64,000 bases of DNA from a virus (Duplodnaviria; Caudoviricetes): positions 3,415-67,414 of IMG/VR virus record IMGVR_UViG_3300017780_002943; one strand, written 5' to 3'. A model generated the notes under the pieces. The model had not been told where the DNA came from. It searched no databases and worked only from the letters and a program-made list of their open reading frames with translations. Of this stretch, positions 56,304 through 64,000 are shown piece after piece. Position numbers and translations under genes: made by a program. How positions within the stretch are numbered: position 1 is the stretch's first letter; each line of letters begins with the position of its first letter.

Positions 56304-59300
56304 ATGGCATTGTCACCAGAATTAACACAGTTTAAGTCTAGCGGCGTTTACAGACTTGAATACGACAAAAGTCAAATAGCTAGCGTTCCAGCGGATACGA
56401 TCCGTCTTGTAGTAGGCTTTTCGAAAGAAGGTCCATTCAATTCGCCTGTATTCGTTTCTGACACACAATTTTTCCAAAATACATTTGGACCAATTGATAG
56501 AACGTTAGAAAGAAAAGGTTCATACTTCCATAGAACTTGTCTTCAAGCTCTTGAAAGAGGACCTATTTTGGCTCTTAACCTTTTAAGATTGAATAACGAT
56601 CTTGAAAGTCCAGATGTAGACCTAGACGATTATCAAGTATTTTCAACTTCTGCTACGTCAGTTAACCCTGCTGAAGACTCAGCTCTTTACTCAGGTTTCT
56701 TTAACACTGACAGATTCTTCTTCCCAGAAGATGTTGCATTCTTAGAAAACATCGGCGCTCTTAACACCGGTATTATCCAAATGGTTAACGTTAGACAAAA
56801 TCCTATTACAGTATTTGTCCGTAAAGCACAGGATGTAAATCAATTTAACGTTCTTGCAAAAGAGTGGTTTGGTGCTGGTGAAGTACCAGCATTCATGAGC
56901 GAATTTGACTATATCAGCGATTACATGGTTGATGTATTTGTAGTAAACGGAGATTGGTCAAACTATCCACAGCTTTCAGTTGACCCAATTTACGGTCCAT
57001 ACTTCCATGCTACTAAAGGTTTGATTAAATCAACATACGAACTATTCTTGGATCTTCCAAGCGTTGACGTAGTAGCAAAATACACAGGATGTCTTATCCC
57101 TGACTTTATCGATCTAAATGGTAATAACCTTTTCATTTCGGATTTGATTAACTTTGATACAGCTCAGACTGGTCTTCTTTGTGCAATCAACAAAGCACCA
57201 TTTGATGGTGACACTATCATTAGCGGTACAGCGGATGGTATTGACTTAGTTGGTCACAACATTGAAAACAAATTAAACACAGATCCAACTTTCACTAGTC
57301 TTAGATTCTTATCTTACGACAGAGCAGTTAGAGATGATTTCCCTTACACCTTAACAGAAACGCCTGAAATCGGTATAGATCTTAATACCACTACAGATAT
57401 TGCATTTTATCTGGTTTCAGCAGGTGCAGGATCTGCATCTTTGACTCCGCCTTCTGTTGGCTCAGGTGATCTTCCAACTGCGTTTGGTGCAAATGAAGCT
57501 AACGTTGTAATTAGAATCAATTCAGACCATCCGCAATACGATACACTCATCAAAGATAAATTGAGTTCTAACGTTGCAGGTCAAGGTCAAAACCAAAGAG
57601 TTGCAGGTTCTTATGTACTTGTAGACGATGGTTTAGCTTACAGCTGGGCACCAGTTGTTTCATTAACAGAAGCCGCAGGTTTCCTTTACATTGGAGTAAG
57701 TATTGAAGTAGCTTCTTACACTATCAGCGTTGAAGCTCCAACTTCAGTAGGTAACCAAATCTTCATTATTTATGGAGCAAGCGGTTCAGACTGGGATTCA
57801 ACAGGTACAGACTTCTTTAAATTTGAAGTAGGTACAGATACTTATGACGATTGGGACACCGGCGTAATCACTTCAGGTGATATTGCAATTGATGCGAGTA
57901 ACGACACCTATTTCCTTGACATGGACTGGGCTTTACAACCAGATACATTTTCTGATGACGCTTCAGGTGTAACAGGCGGTCAAACAAGTGTACTTGCTGC
58001 AGCATCTGCAACATACTATAATATTCCAGTTGTTGAAATCACAGGTTTTAACGATGCAGAATACACTACACAATTAGCACTACCTGACTTTGGTAGCTAT
58101 GAAGATAGCGCTGGAGCTACAGTATCTGGTGCATTTGTTGTACAGTCATTAACCGGTACTCTTAATCAATCATTTGAAGTAGTTCCTGTAGTAGGTTTAC
58201 CTTCAAACGAAGTTAAAATCGATTTTCTTACTAATACAGGTGAAATTAAAGTAGGAGACTATCTTGTAGCAACAGAACTTGGCCCAAATGGTGAATCAAG
58301 ACTTACAAAAATCAATAAGATAGTAAGAGAAGGTATTTCACCTAACCAACTACTTCACATCTACTGCGACCAGGATATTAAATTGTATCAGAATGACACA
58401 CAGATCAAGAGATACAAGAATATCGAGGAAGTAACAGACGCATATAAGCTTTTCACGCTTAATGGCTTTACTTTAAATCCTGCGTACCACATTCCAAATG
58501 GTTCACAAGATAGAGTAGATGAGATTTATGCTGATACTTTAACTGATGATAAGAATCTTTTCCAAGCTCTTATCGATAAAGATATCATCTCTTATCGCTA
58601 CATTGTAGATACATTTGGTCTTGGTATTCAACCGCAGTCTAAGTATCAACTAGCGTATCTTGCTAAAAGAAGACAAAATGCTCTTGCTATCTTAAATGCA
58701 CCTTCGCTTAAGGATTTCAAAGAGTCACAGGATCCTAAATTCACAGTTAACGGTTCTGTAGAGTCTAGATTGATTTCTACCGGCGGTGATCTATTGTTGA
58801 ATCCAACATTCACATACGGATTGCCATCTATAGCAAACGGTTCAAACTACTCAGCTTACTATATTCCATATCTAGTAATAAGAGATAGAGGTAAGAACAT
58901 TACAGTTCCTCCAGCAGGTGTTGTATCTAACAACTTTATTGACAAATATACAAACGCTCTTCCTTGGTCTATCGTTGCAGGTCCTAGAAGAGGTATACTA
59001 AGCGGTAAAGGTCTTATCGGTCTAGAAACAAACTTTGCAAAAGCTGACAGAGATTACTTGGAGCCATTCGGTCTTAACCCAATCATCTTCCAAAGAGGCG
59101 TTGGTATCGAGATTCACGGTAACAAGACTGGTCAGCAAAATATCAAGTCTGCACTTTCTAGTGTACACGTAAGAGAAGTATTGATTTACGTACAAGACGG
59201 TATTGCTAACATCTTGAAGAATTACTTGTTTGAATTTAACACAGCTCAAACTCGTCTAGAAATCAAGACACTCGCAGATAACTTCATGGCTGGCGTAAAG

Positions 59301-59483
59301 CGCGACAACGGTGTATACGACTTCAAGAACGTAATGGACTTGACTAACAACACAGCAGATGTAATCGACAACAATATGGGTATTCTAGATACTTATGTTG
59401 AACCAGTAAGAGGTCTTGAAATACTTGTTCACAGAACTACAATTCTTAGAACAGGTGCAATTGCATCAGGATCATTCTCATAA
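56304..59483 (+). CDS. gp18: Contractile tail sheath, T4 gp18-like (1059 aa)
   Basis: SSGVYRLEYD, GFSKEGP, VPPAG, WSIVAGPRRG, NPII, VREVL, YDFK-VMD-TNNT-VID. Confidence 0.93.
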   Translation: MALSPELTQFKSSGVYRLEYDKSQIASVPADTIRLVVGFSKEGPFNSPVFVSDTQFFQNTFGPIDRTLERKGSYFHRTCLQALERGPILALNLLRLNNDLESPDVDLDDYQVFSTSATSVNPAEDSALYSGFFNTDRFFFPEDVAFLENIGALNTGIIQMVNVRQNPITVFVRKAQDVNQFNVLAKEWFGAGEVPAFMSEFDYISDYMVDVFVVNGDWSNYPQLSVDPIYGPYFHATKGLIKSTYELFLDLPSVDVVAKYTGCLIPDFIDLNGNNLFISDLINFDTAQTGLLCAINKAPFDGDTIISGTADGIDLVGHNIENKLNTDPTFTSLRFLSYDRAVRDDFPYTLTETPEIGIDLNTTTDIAFYLVSAGAGSASLTPPSVGSGDLPTAFGANEANVVIRINSDHPQYDTLIKDKLSSNVAGQGQNQRVAGSYVLVDDGLAYSWAPVVSLTEAAGFLYIGVSIEVASYTISVEAPTSVGNQIFIIYGASGSDWDSTGTDFFKFEVGTDTYDDWDTGVITSGDIAIDASNDTYFLDMDWALQPDTFSDDASGVTGGQTSVLAAASATYYNIPVVEITGFNDAEYTTQLALPDFGSYEDSAGATVSGAFVVQSLTGTLNQSFEVVPVVGLPSNEVKIDFLTNTGEIKVGDYLVATELGPNGESRLTKINKIVREGISPNQLLHIYCDQDIKLYQNDTQIKRYKNIEEVTDAYKLFTLNGFTLNPAYHIPNGSQDRVDEIYADTLTDDKNLFQALIDKDIISYRYIVDTFGLGIQPQSKYQLAYLAKRRQNALAILNAPSLKDFKESQDPKFTVNGSVESRLISTGGDLLLNPTFTYGLPSIANGSNYSAYYIPYLVIRDRGKNITVPPAGVVSNNFIDKYTNALPWSIVAGPRRGILSGKGLIGLETNFAKADRDYLEPFGLNPIIFQRGVGIEIHGNKTGQQNIKSALSSVHVREVLIYVQDGIANILKNYLFEFNTAQTRLEIKTLADNFMAGVKRDNGVYDFKNVMDLTNNTADVIDNNMGILDTYVEPVRGLEILVHRTTILRTGAIASGSFS

Positions 59484-59490
59484 ACATTAA

Positions 59491-59516
59491 AAAAGCCCGG
59501 TGAAAACCGGGCTTTT
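59491..59516 (+). terminator. Intrinsic terminator, GAAA tetraloop
   Basis: GCCCGGT-GAAA-ACCGGGC + T4. Confidence 0.88.
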
Positions 59517-59535
59517 CTAAAAAATTAGAAAAACC

Positions 59536-59543
59536 AATATATA
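59536..59543 (+). promoter_or_regulatory. Putative late promoter AATATATA
   Basis: 22 nt before ATG 59566. Confidence 0.55.
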
Positions 59544-59565
59544 CCAAAAATAATCTTAATTAAAA

Positions 59566-60114
59566 ATGGCAGGTTTACCACATTATAATAATTCTAAAGC
59601 CGCTACACAATTATTCGAACCAATACAGGGTAATTTGTTTGAAGTGACAATTCTTCCTCCGGGAATTGACGGTACTCTTCTTCTTGAGCACGTTAACACT
59701 GTAACCGGCATTGGAGGTGTCAACCCAGCGTATGACGCAGTTGTACAGAAATATAAGTTCGCAGAAAGAAGCTACGCTGGTATGCCAGGAAAAACTAGTA
59801 TCGACGTAACAATTCAGTTCTCTTTGAACTTAAATGACTCTAACCAGAACTACATTTACAAAACACTTAGAGACTGGTACAAGAAGATCTATGACCCTGC
59901 TACAGGTGCCATGGGTATTAAGAAAGATTACGTTGGTACATTGATTATTGTGATGTACGACCGCCAAGGTAATATCCACAGAAAGCTTACACTGCTTGAT
60001 GCATTCCCAACAGGAGGTGTTAATTTCGCAGATGGTTTAGATTATGGTGCACAAGATCCTATCACACTTGACATGGTTTACAGATGTGATAACTGGACTG
60101 AAGAGAACAACTAA
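59566..60114 (+). CDS. gp19: Tail tube protein, T4 gp19-like
   Basis: Follows the sheath; NLFEV, RSYAG, RDW, DAFPT, RCDNW. Confidence 0.85.
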   Translation: MAGLPHYNNSKAATQLFEPIQGNLFEVTILPPGIDGTLLLEHVNTVTGIGGVNPAYDAVVQKYKFAERSYAGMPGKTSIDVTIQFSLNLNDSNQNYIYKTLRDWYKKIYDPATGAMGIKKDYVGTLIIVMYDRQGNIHRKLTLLDAFPTGGVNFADGLDYGAQDPITLDMVYRCDNWTEENN

Positions 60115-60133
60115 TTTTTTAATTCATACACTG

Positions 60134-60161
60134 AAAAGCCGGAAGAAATTCCGGCTTTTTT
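60134..60161 (+). terminator. Intrinsic terminator, GAAA tetraloop
   Basis: GCCGGAA-GAAA-TTCCGGC + T6. Confidence 0.9.
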
Positions 60162-60176
60162 ATTTTACAGTCTATA

Positions 60177-60210
60177 TATACTATGATAGTATAATACTAT
60201 GATAGTATAA
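60177..60210. promoter_or_regulatory. Tandem palindromic operator (TACTATGATAGTATAA x2) overlapping late-promoter motifs
   Basis: Perfect 16-bp direct repeat (60179-60194, 60195-60210); palindrome TATACTAT-G-ATAGTATA at 60177-60193. Confidence 0.65.
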
Positions 60211-60227
60211 ATAAGTCAAACCCTAAA

Positions 60228-60416
60228 ATGGCACGCGATGAAAGTAATCTTACAGAACGTATACAAGTCCTTCTATCTAAGGAAGATCTTAACAGATTAC
60301 ACACGATCATATACCAGGAAGCCATGTCTGAAGGTAAAAAACCTGAAACGATTTCAGCTTACCTGCGTATAACAATCAAGAATTTAATTGAAAATAAAAC
60401 AACATCATATGAGTGA
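60228..60416 (+). CDS. Ribbon-helix-helix-like DNA-binding protein
   Basis: RIQVLLSKEDLNRL strand-helix start; TISAYLRITIKNLI second helix; 62 aa. Confidence 0.65.
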   Translation: MARDESNLTERIQVLLSKEDLNRLHTIIYQEAMSEGKKPETISAYLRITIKNLIENKTTSYE

Positions 60417-61419
60417 AAATCAGAATCCTAATGAAGAAGAAATGAAAAGAATCGCTGAAGAGCAAGAAAAAGAATTGCCTATCAGTGATCCGTATCTTGA
60501 AAATGCAAAGAGGTTAAAAGAGTCGGCTAAGAAAGATGGTTTAGGTAAAGTTGATACCAAACGAGGCAAAGGCGGCGCAATCGATCCTAACGAGTTAAAT
60601 TCAGACATGGTTCTTGGTTATCATCCTTTGCACGCTGAAGATCTACCTTCACGTGGTTTATTTTATCCAAGTGATGTTGAAATTCAAATCAGACCCGCTA
60701 AAGTTGCGGAGATCAGACATTTCTCTACACTTCAGGAAAGAGATCTTTTTGATGTTGACGATAAATTAAATCATATCGTTCAGAACTGTATAAAGATTCG
60801 TACTAAAACCAGAATCATGAGCTGGAAAGATATTCTAGAAGAAGACCGTATATATGTTCTTTTAGCAATTAGAGCACTCACGTTCAGTAAAGGCGAAAAC
60901 AAATTACAAGTCAAAAAGAACTGCCCAGATTGTAACACGGAGAACACTATAGAAATTGCTAACCAGAATCTACAGTTCAATACAATTCCAGATGACCTGT
61001 TAAAGTACTATGATGAGTACAACAGAGTTCTTTCTATACAGACAAAATCCTGTGGTACAATCTATCTTAAGCCACCTGCTATCGGTGTAATGCAGACTGT
61101 AACTAAATACATTCGTGAAAAAGAAAGACAAGGTGAAAACTGGGATAAATCATATATCCAGATTTTACCATACATTCAACACGAATGGAGAGGTTTTACA
61201 GAAAAGGAAATATTCCAAGGTGAAGTTGATTTCCAAGGATGGGATGATACTAAGTACACACTTCACTATAGATTAGCCGAACAAATCAAGGTAGGTGTTA
61301 AACCAGATGTATCTTGCGCTTGTAAAGCTTGCGGGACGGAGGTGACCGCTGCTATTAACTTTCGCGGCGGAATCAAAGATCTTTTCGTTGTTTCAGATAT
61401 CTCTGGAGAACTTCTTTAA
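60409..61419 (+). CDS. Baseplate hub / tail assembly protein, T4 gp26-like
   Basis: LPSRG, IRPAKVAE, CPDC and CKAC Zn motifs; ATG 60409 preferred. Confidence 0.7.
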   Translation: MSENQNPNEEEMKRIAEEQEKELPISDPYLENAKRLKESAKKDGLGKVDTKRGKGGAIDPNELNSDMVLGYHPLHAEDLPSRGLFYPSDVEIQIRPAKVAEIRHFSTLQERDLFDVDDKLNHIVQNCIKIRTKTRIMSWKDILEEDRIYVLLAIRALTFSKGENKLQVKKNCPDCNTENTIEIANQNLQFNTIPDDLLKYYDEYNRVLSIQTKSCGTIYLKPPAIGVMQTVTKYIREKERQGENWDKSYIQILPYIQHEWRGFTEKEIFQGEVDFQGWDDTKYTLHYRLAEQIKVGVKPDVSCACKACGTEVTAAINFRGGIKDLFVVSDISGELL

Positions 61420-61702
61420 GGTTAAGTTTTACCTATACCACTATCTCAGAATACAGCCAAGTGAAATTGAAGCTTGGCCGTATTATGAGCTTGAGTATAC
61501 GATAGAAAACTTAAAAGACTTCTTAGAAAAGAAGAAGAAGGGTGAAGACGAACAAAACGATAAGTATAGTAAGACTTCTACTTCTAACGATATGAGGCGT
61601 CAACAACAGGCAATGAGTAGTTCAATAAATACACCAAAGATGCCTAGTACTCCCTCGTACAAAATGCCGAGTCCTAGCTTCAATATGCCCAAAAAATTCT
61701 AG
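61388..61702 (+). CDS. gp51-like hub assembly protein (no ATG; TTG start or frameshift product)
   Basis: SLENFF...PSEIEAWPYYELE pattern; 32-nt overlap with the upstream gene. Confidence 0.6.
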   Translation: MFQISLENFFKVKFYLYHYLRIQPSEIEAWPYYELEYTIENLKDFLEKKKKGEDEQNDKYSKTSTSNDMRRQQQAMSSSINTPKMPSTPSYKMPSPSFNMPKKF

Positions 61703-61708
61703 TGATGG

Positions 61709-64000
61709 ATGGCGTTTAGCATATTTAAGAACCCGTTTGAATCTCTGTCTGCAGAGGCTCAATCGTCTATGGTTAAAAGTCTTGAAGATATTAAAGATTA
61801 CTTTTTTAAAGGTAATACTATAGTTGACGCTATCAATGGGCTTTCTACTTTACTTACAAAAAACATACAAGCACAGGATAAGTTAACACAAATCCTCCTT
61901 AAACGTCAGGAAAAGCAAATGACGGATAAGGATCAAAAGGAAATGATTAACACCATGAAGCTTTTCGGTCCTGCCATGGAGCGAATTGTCGGTGCTATTA
62001 AAGATTATTCAAAAGTACCTGAGGATGCTGTCGATAAATTTATACTTGCTATTGAAAAAATAGCAAAAGCATTTGAGAGCGCTAAAGATTCAATGAAAAC
62101 AATACAAGAGGCAGCCAAGGGTTTAATGTTTATGGCTCTTGCAATTGTCTTATTTGGTTTAGCACTTCTCATCGCAGGACCTATATACATAATGGCATTG
62201 CCGGGTATGATAGTGGTGCTGGGTGTTGTTTTTGGAACTCTTTACTTATTCACGAAAATACTTCCTAAAGATAGTCAGAATATATTAAACGGAGCAAAAG
62301 CCCTGTTGTATATGGCTGCAGCGATTCTTGTGTTCGGTCTTGCTTTATACTTGGCCGGATTTGTATATGCTCAATTATGGAAAGGTATGATAGGTATAAT
62401 ACCTATACTTATGACAATCGGCGCTCTCATATTTATAATGCGATTTATGTCAGGCTTTGATAAAACAATCAAAGAAGGTGCAATGGCCTTGTTAATAATG
62501 GCCGGTGTTATAGGTCTTGTAGGTCTGATATTATTTTTAGCAGGTCTTGTGTACGGTGAACTATGGAAAGGATTTGTAGGTATGATAGCAATATTACTTA
62601 CAGTAGGCGCACTTGTTGTTATAATGTCTCTCTTAGATATGATGAGCGATACAATCATGGATGGAGTTAAAGCTCTGTTATTTATGGTTTATGTTATAGG
62701 TATCACCGGTCTAATACTGTTTTTAGCCAGTTTTATATATGCTGAACTATGGAAAGGATTTGTAGGTATGATAGCAATACTTCTTACAATAGGCGCGTTA
62801 ATAGGTCTTATGTTCCTTATCGATATGCTGAGTGATACAATCATGGATGGAGTTAGAGCCCTAGGATTTATGGTTCTTATTCTTTTCTTGACAGGTGTTG
62901 TTTTATATTTAGCTAGCATAATATACAAAGAATTATGGGAAGGCACAATTGGTGTAATGGCTATACTCTTAGTTATAGGAGCTCTTGTAGGTTTAATGTT
63001 TTTAATTGATATGATGTCGGATAGCATCTATGACGGTGCGCTTGCTCTTCTAGCAATGGTAGTAGCATTTGGTCTTACTGCTCTCGTTTTATATCTGATA
63101 AGTGATTATGCAGATGAAATGATGGCAGGCTTAGGAGCATCATGGCCTATACTTATTTTGATTGTTGCACTTGTAGGAATAATGTTCCTATTAGACAAGC
63201 TGAAAACTAATATAATTATGGGAGCCCTATCTCTAGGCGTAATGGCAGTAGCTGTTTTAGTTTTAGCAGGAGCTCTTTATGTATTAAAAGCAGTAGAATG
63301 GACTTCTGCTGATAGTTTATCGCTTTCAGTTTTACTATTAGTTCTAGCCCTGGTTGGTACAGTATTAGGTGCTTTAATGCAAGCTGGTCTTTTACCTCTT
63401 TTAGGTGCTGCAGCACTTGCAGCAATAGGTTTAGCAATTTTACCTCTAGCATTCGGACTTAAAATTTATAAAGAGTCTGGTTGGACAGATGCTGACACAG
63501 GAACTTTAAGCCTATTAGTAACTTCATTAGGTTTAATTGCAACAGTACTGGGTAATCCATTTACAAACTTCATGACCCTATTAGGAGCGGCTGCAATGGT
63601 TGTAATAGGTGCAGCAATGGTTGATATTACAACAGGATTAAAAACATTTAAAGAGTCAGGATGGAAAGATTCAGATAACGAATCTTTTGTAAACGCAATG
63701 GCTTCTGTTGTTAAAGGTTTTGCTATAATGTGGGATAAGGGTATACAAGCCGCATATGGTTTACAACCATTTGACTCGCTTGATGTATATTTCGGAGTTA
63801 AGGCTCTTAGTGGAGTTGGTAATATAATGACCAGTATGGCAAGAGGCCTTAAAGACTTTGCTTCAATGCAATTCGTAGAATTTGAAGTAGTTAAAGATAA
63901 AGATGGTAATGCTGTAGTTCAACCTAAAGCTGTATATAAATTAACTAACTCTGATATTGAAAACGCAGCCAAGAATTTTGCTTTTGTCATCAATACAATA
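61709..64000 (+). CDS. Tape measure protein, 3'-truncated (absent from the ORF track)
   Basis: ATG GCG TTT AGC at 61709; frame in register at sampled points (62561) and open at the window end; long hydrophobic periodic helices; follows hub/chaperone genes. Confidence 0.8.
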   Translation, partial: MAFSIFKNPFESLSAEAQSSMVKSLEDIKDYFFKGNTIVDAINGLSTLLTKNIQAQDKLTQILLKRQEKQMTDKDQKEMINTMKLFGPAMERIVGAIKDYSKVPEDAVDKFILAIEKIAKAFESAKDSMKTIQEAAKGLMFMALAIVLFGLALLIAGPIYIMALPGMIVVLGVVFGTLYLFTKILPKDSQNILNGAKALLYMAAAILVFGLALYLAGFVYAQLWKGMIGIIPILMTIGALIFIMRFMSGFDKTIKEGAMALLIMAGVIGLVGLILFLAGLVYGELWKGFVGMIAILLTVGALVVIMSLLDMMSDTIMDGVKALLFMVYVIGITGLILFLASFIYAELWKGFVGMIAILLTIGALIGLMFLIDMLSDTIMDGVRALGFMVLILFLTGVVLYLASIIYKELWEGTIGVMAILLVIGALVGLMFLIDMMSDSIYDGALALLAMVVAFGLTALVLYLISDYADEMMAGLGASWPILILIVALVGIMFLLDKLKTNIIMGALSLGVMAVAVLVLAGALYVLKAVEWTSADSLSLSVLLLVLALVGTVLGALMQAGLLPLLGAAALAAIGLAILPLAFGLKIYKESGWTDADTGTLSLLVTSLGLIATVLGNPFTNFMTLLGAAAMVVIGAAMVDITTGLKTFKESGWKDSDNESFVNAMASVVKGFAIMWDKGIQAAYGLQPFDSLDVYFGVKALSGVGNIMTSMARGLKDFASMQFVEFEVVKDKDGNAVVQPKAVYKLTNSDIENAAKNFAFVINTI
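62375..63120 (+). repeat. 186-bp (62-aa) degenerate repeat within the tape measure gene
   Basis: (C/T)TATGG(A/G)AAGG (LWKG/LWEG) recurs at 62375, 62561, 62747 and 62933. Confidence 0.85.

Noticed and set aside
15744-60408. Upstream ORF-track starts at 15744, 21020, 31570, 40088, 60388 (and 48340 on minus)
   Set aside because: They overlap upstream genes or promoters; downstream ATGs give A-rich leaders, consistent promoter spacing and CTS or family-typical N-termini
673-63452. Numerous 60-170 aa minus-strand and alternate-frame ORFs in the track (e.g. 2862..3185, 19069..19545, 33047..33562, 43976..44461, 62371..63027)
   Set aside because: They lie fully within long, motif-bearing + strand genes and read as antisense shadows (S/F/L/I-rich); only 47517..48331 lack a competing + strand gene
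1-64000. Stop-codon reassignment, tRNAs, inteins/introns in TerL, NrdJ, helicase or MCP, DGR repeats
   Set aside because: Core genes are full length in code 11 and use TAA, TAG and TGA as stops; intergenic gaps are short and I saw no cloverleaf or adenine-variant repeat pair (by eye only)

Overview
One continuous, gene-dense, AT-rich segment of a large T4-like (jumbo-type) myophage genome. Almost all genes are on the + strand, apart from a two-gene minus-strand island at 47.5-48.3 kb. It holds most T4-type core modules. Replication/recombination: gp32, primase, UvsY, UvsW, dUTPase, a family-B polymerase split into two genes, class II RNR, clamp, clamp loader, UvsX, gp41, gp46/47, RNase H and a RuvC-like resolvase. 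Late transcription: a gp55-like sigma and a gp33 candidate. Morphogenesis: portal, fused protease-scaffold, MCP, neck, terminase, sheath, tube, hub, tape measure and a fibre-like protein. A-rich leaders without Shine-Dalgarno sites and an Hc1-like protein suggest a Bacteroidota host (inference). I found no tRNA, CRISPR array, intein, intron or genetic-code change. Main observations beyond the core: (1) nine near-copies of the T4 internal-protein capsid-targeting sequence (MKTYQEFIAE-like), mostly in a late-promoter-driven island at 15.5-22.2 kb; (2) in that island, an intact KxDG ligase-fold protein followed by a polyprotein made of a catalytically degenerate copy of that fold, a HIGH-type nucleotidyltransferase and a PD-(D/E)xK-like nuclease; (3) a small protein carrying a copy of the MCP's own predicted mature N-terminal arm; (4) a Thr-rich mucin-like repeat protein followed by two glycosyltransferase-like genes; (5) a tandem palindromic operator in front of an RHH gene heading the hub/tape-measure genes; (6) two promoter classes, including an antisense-facing one. 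All family assignments are by-eye motif recognition; no searches were run.
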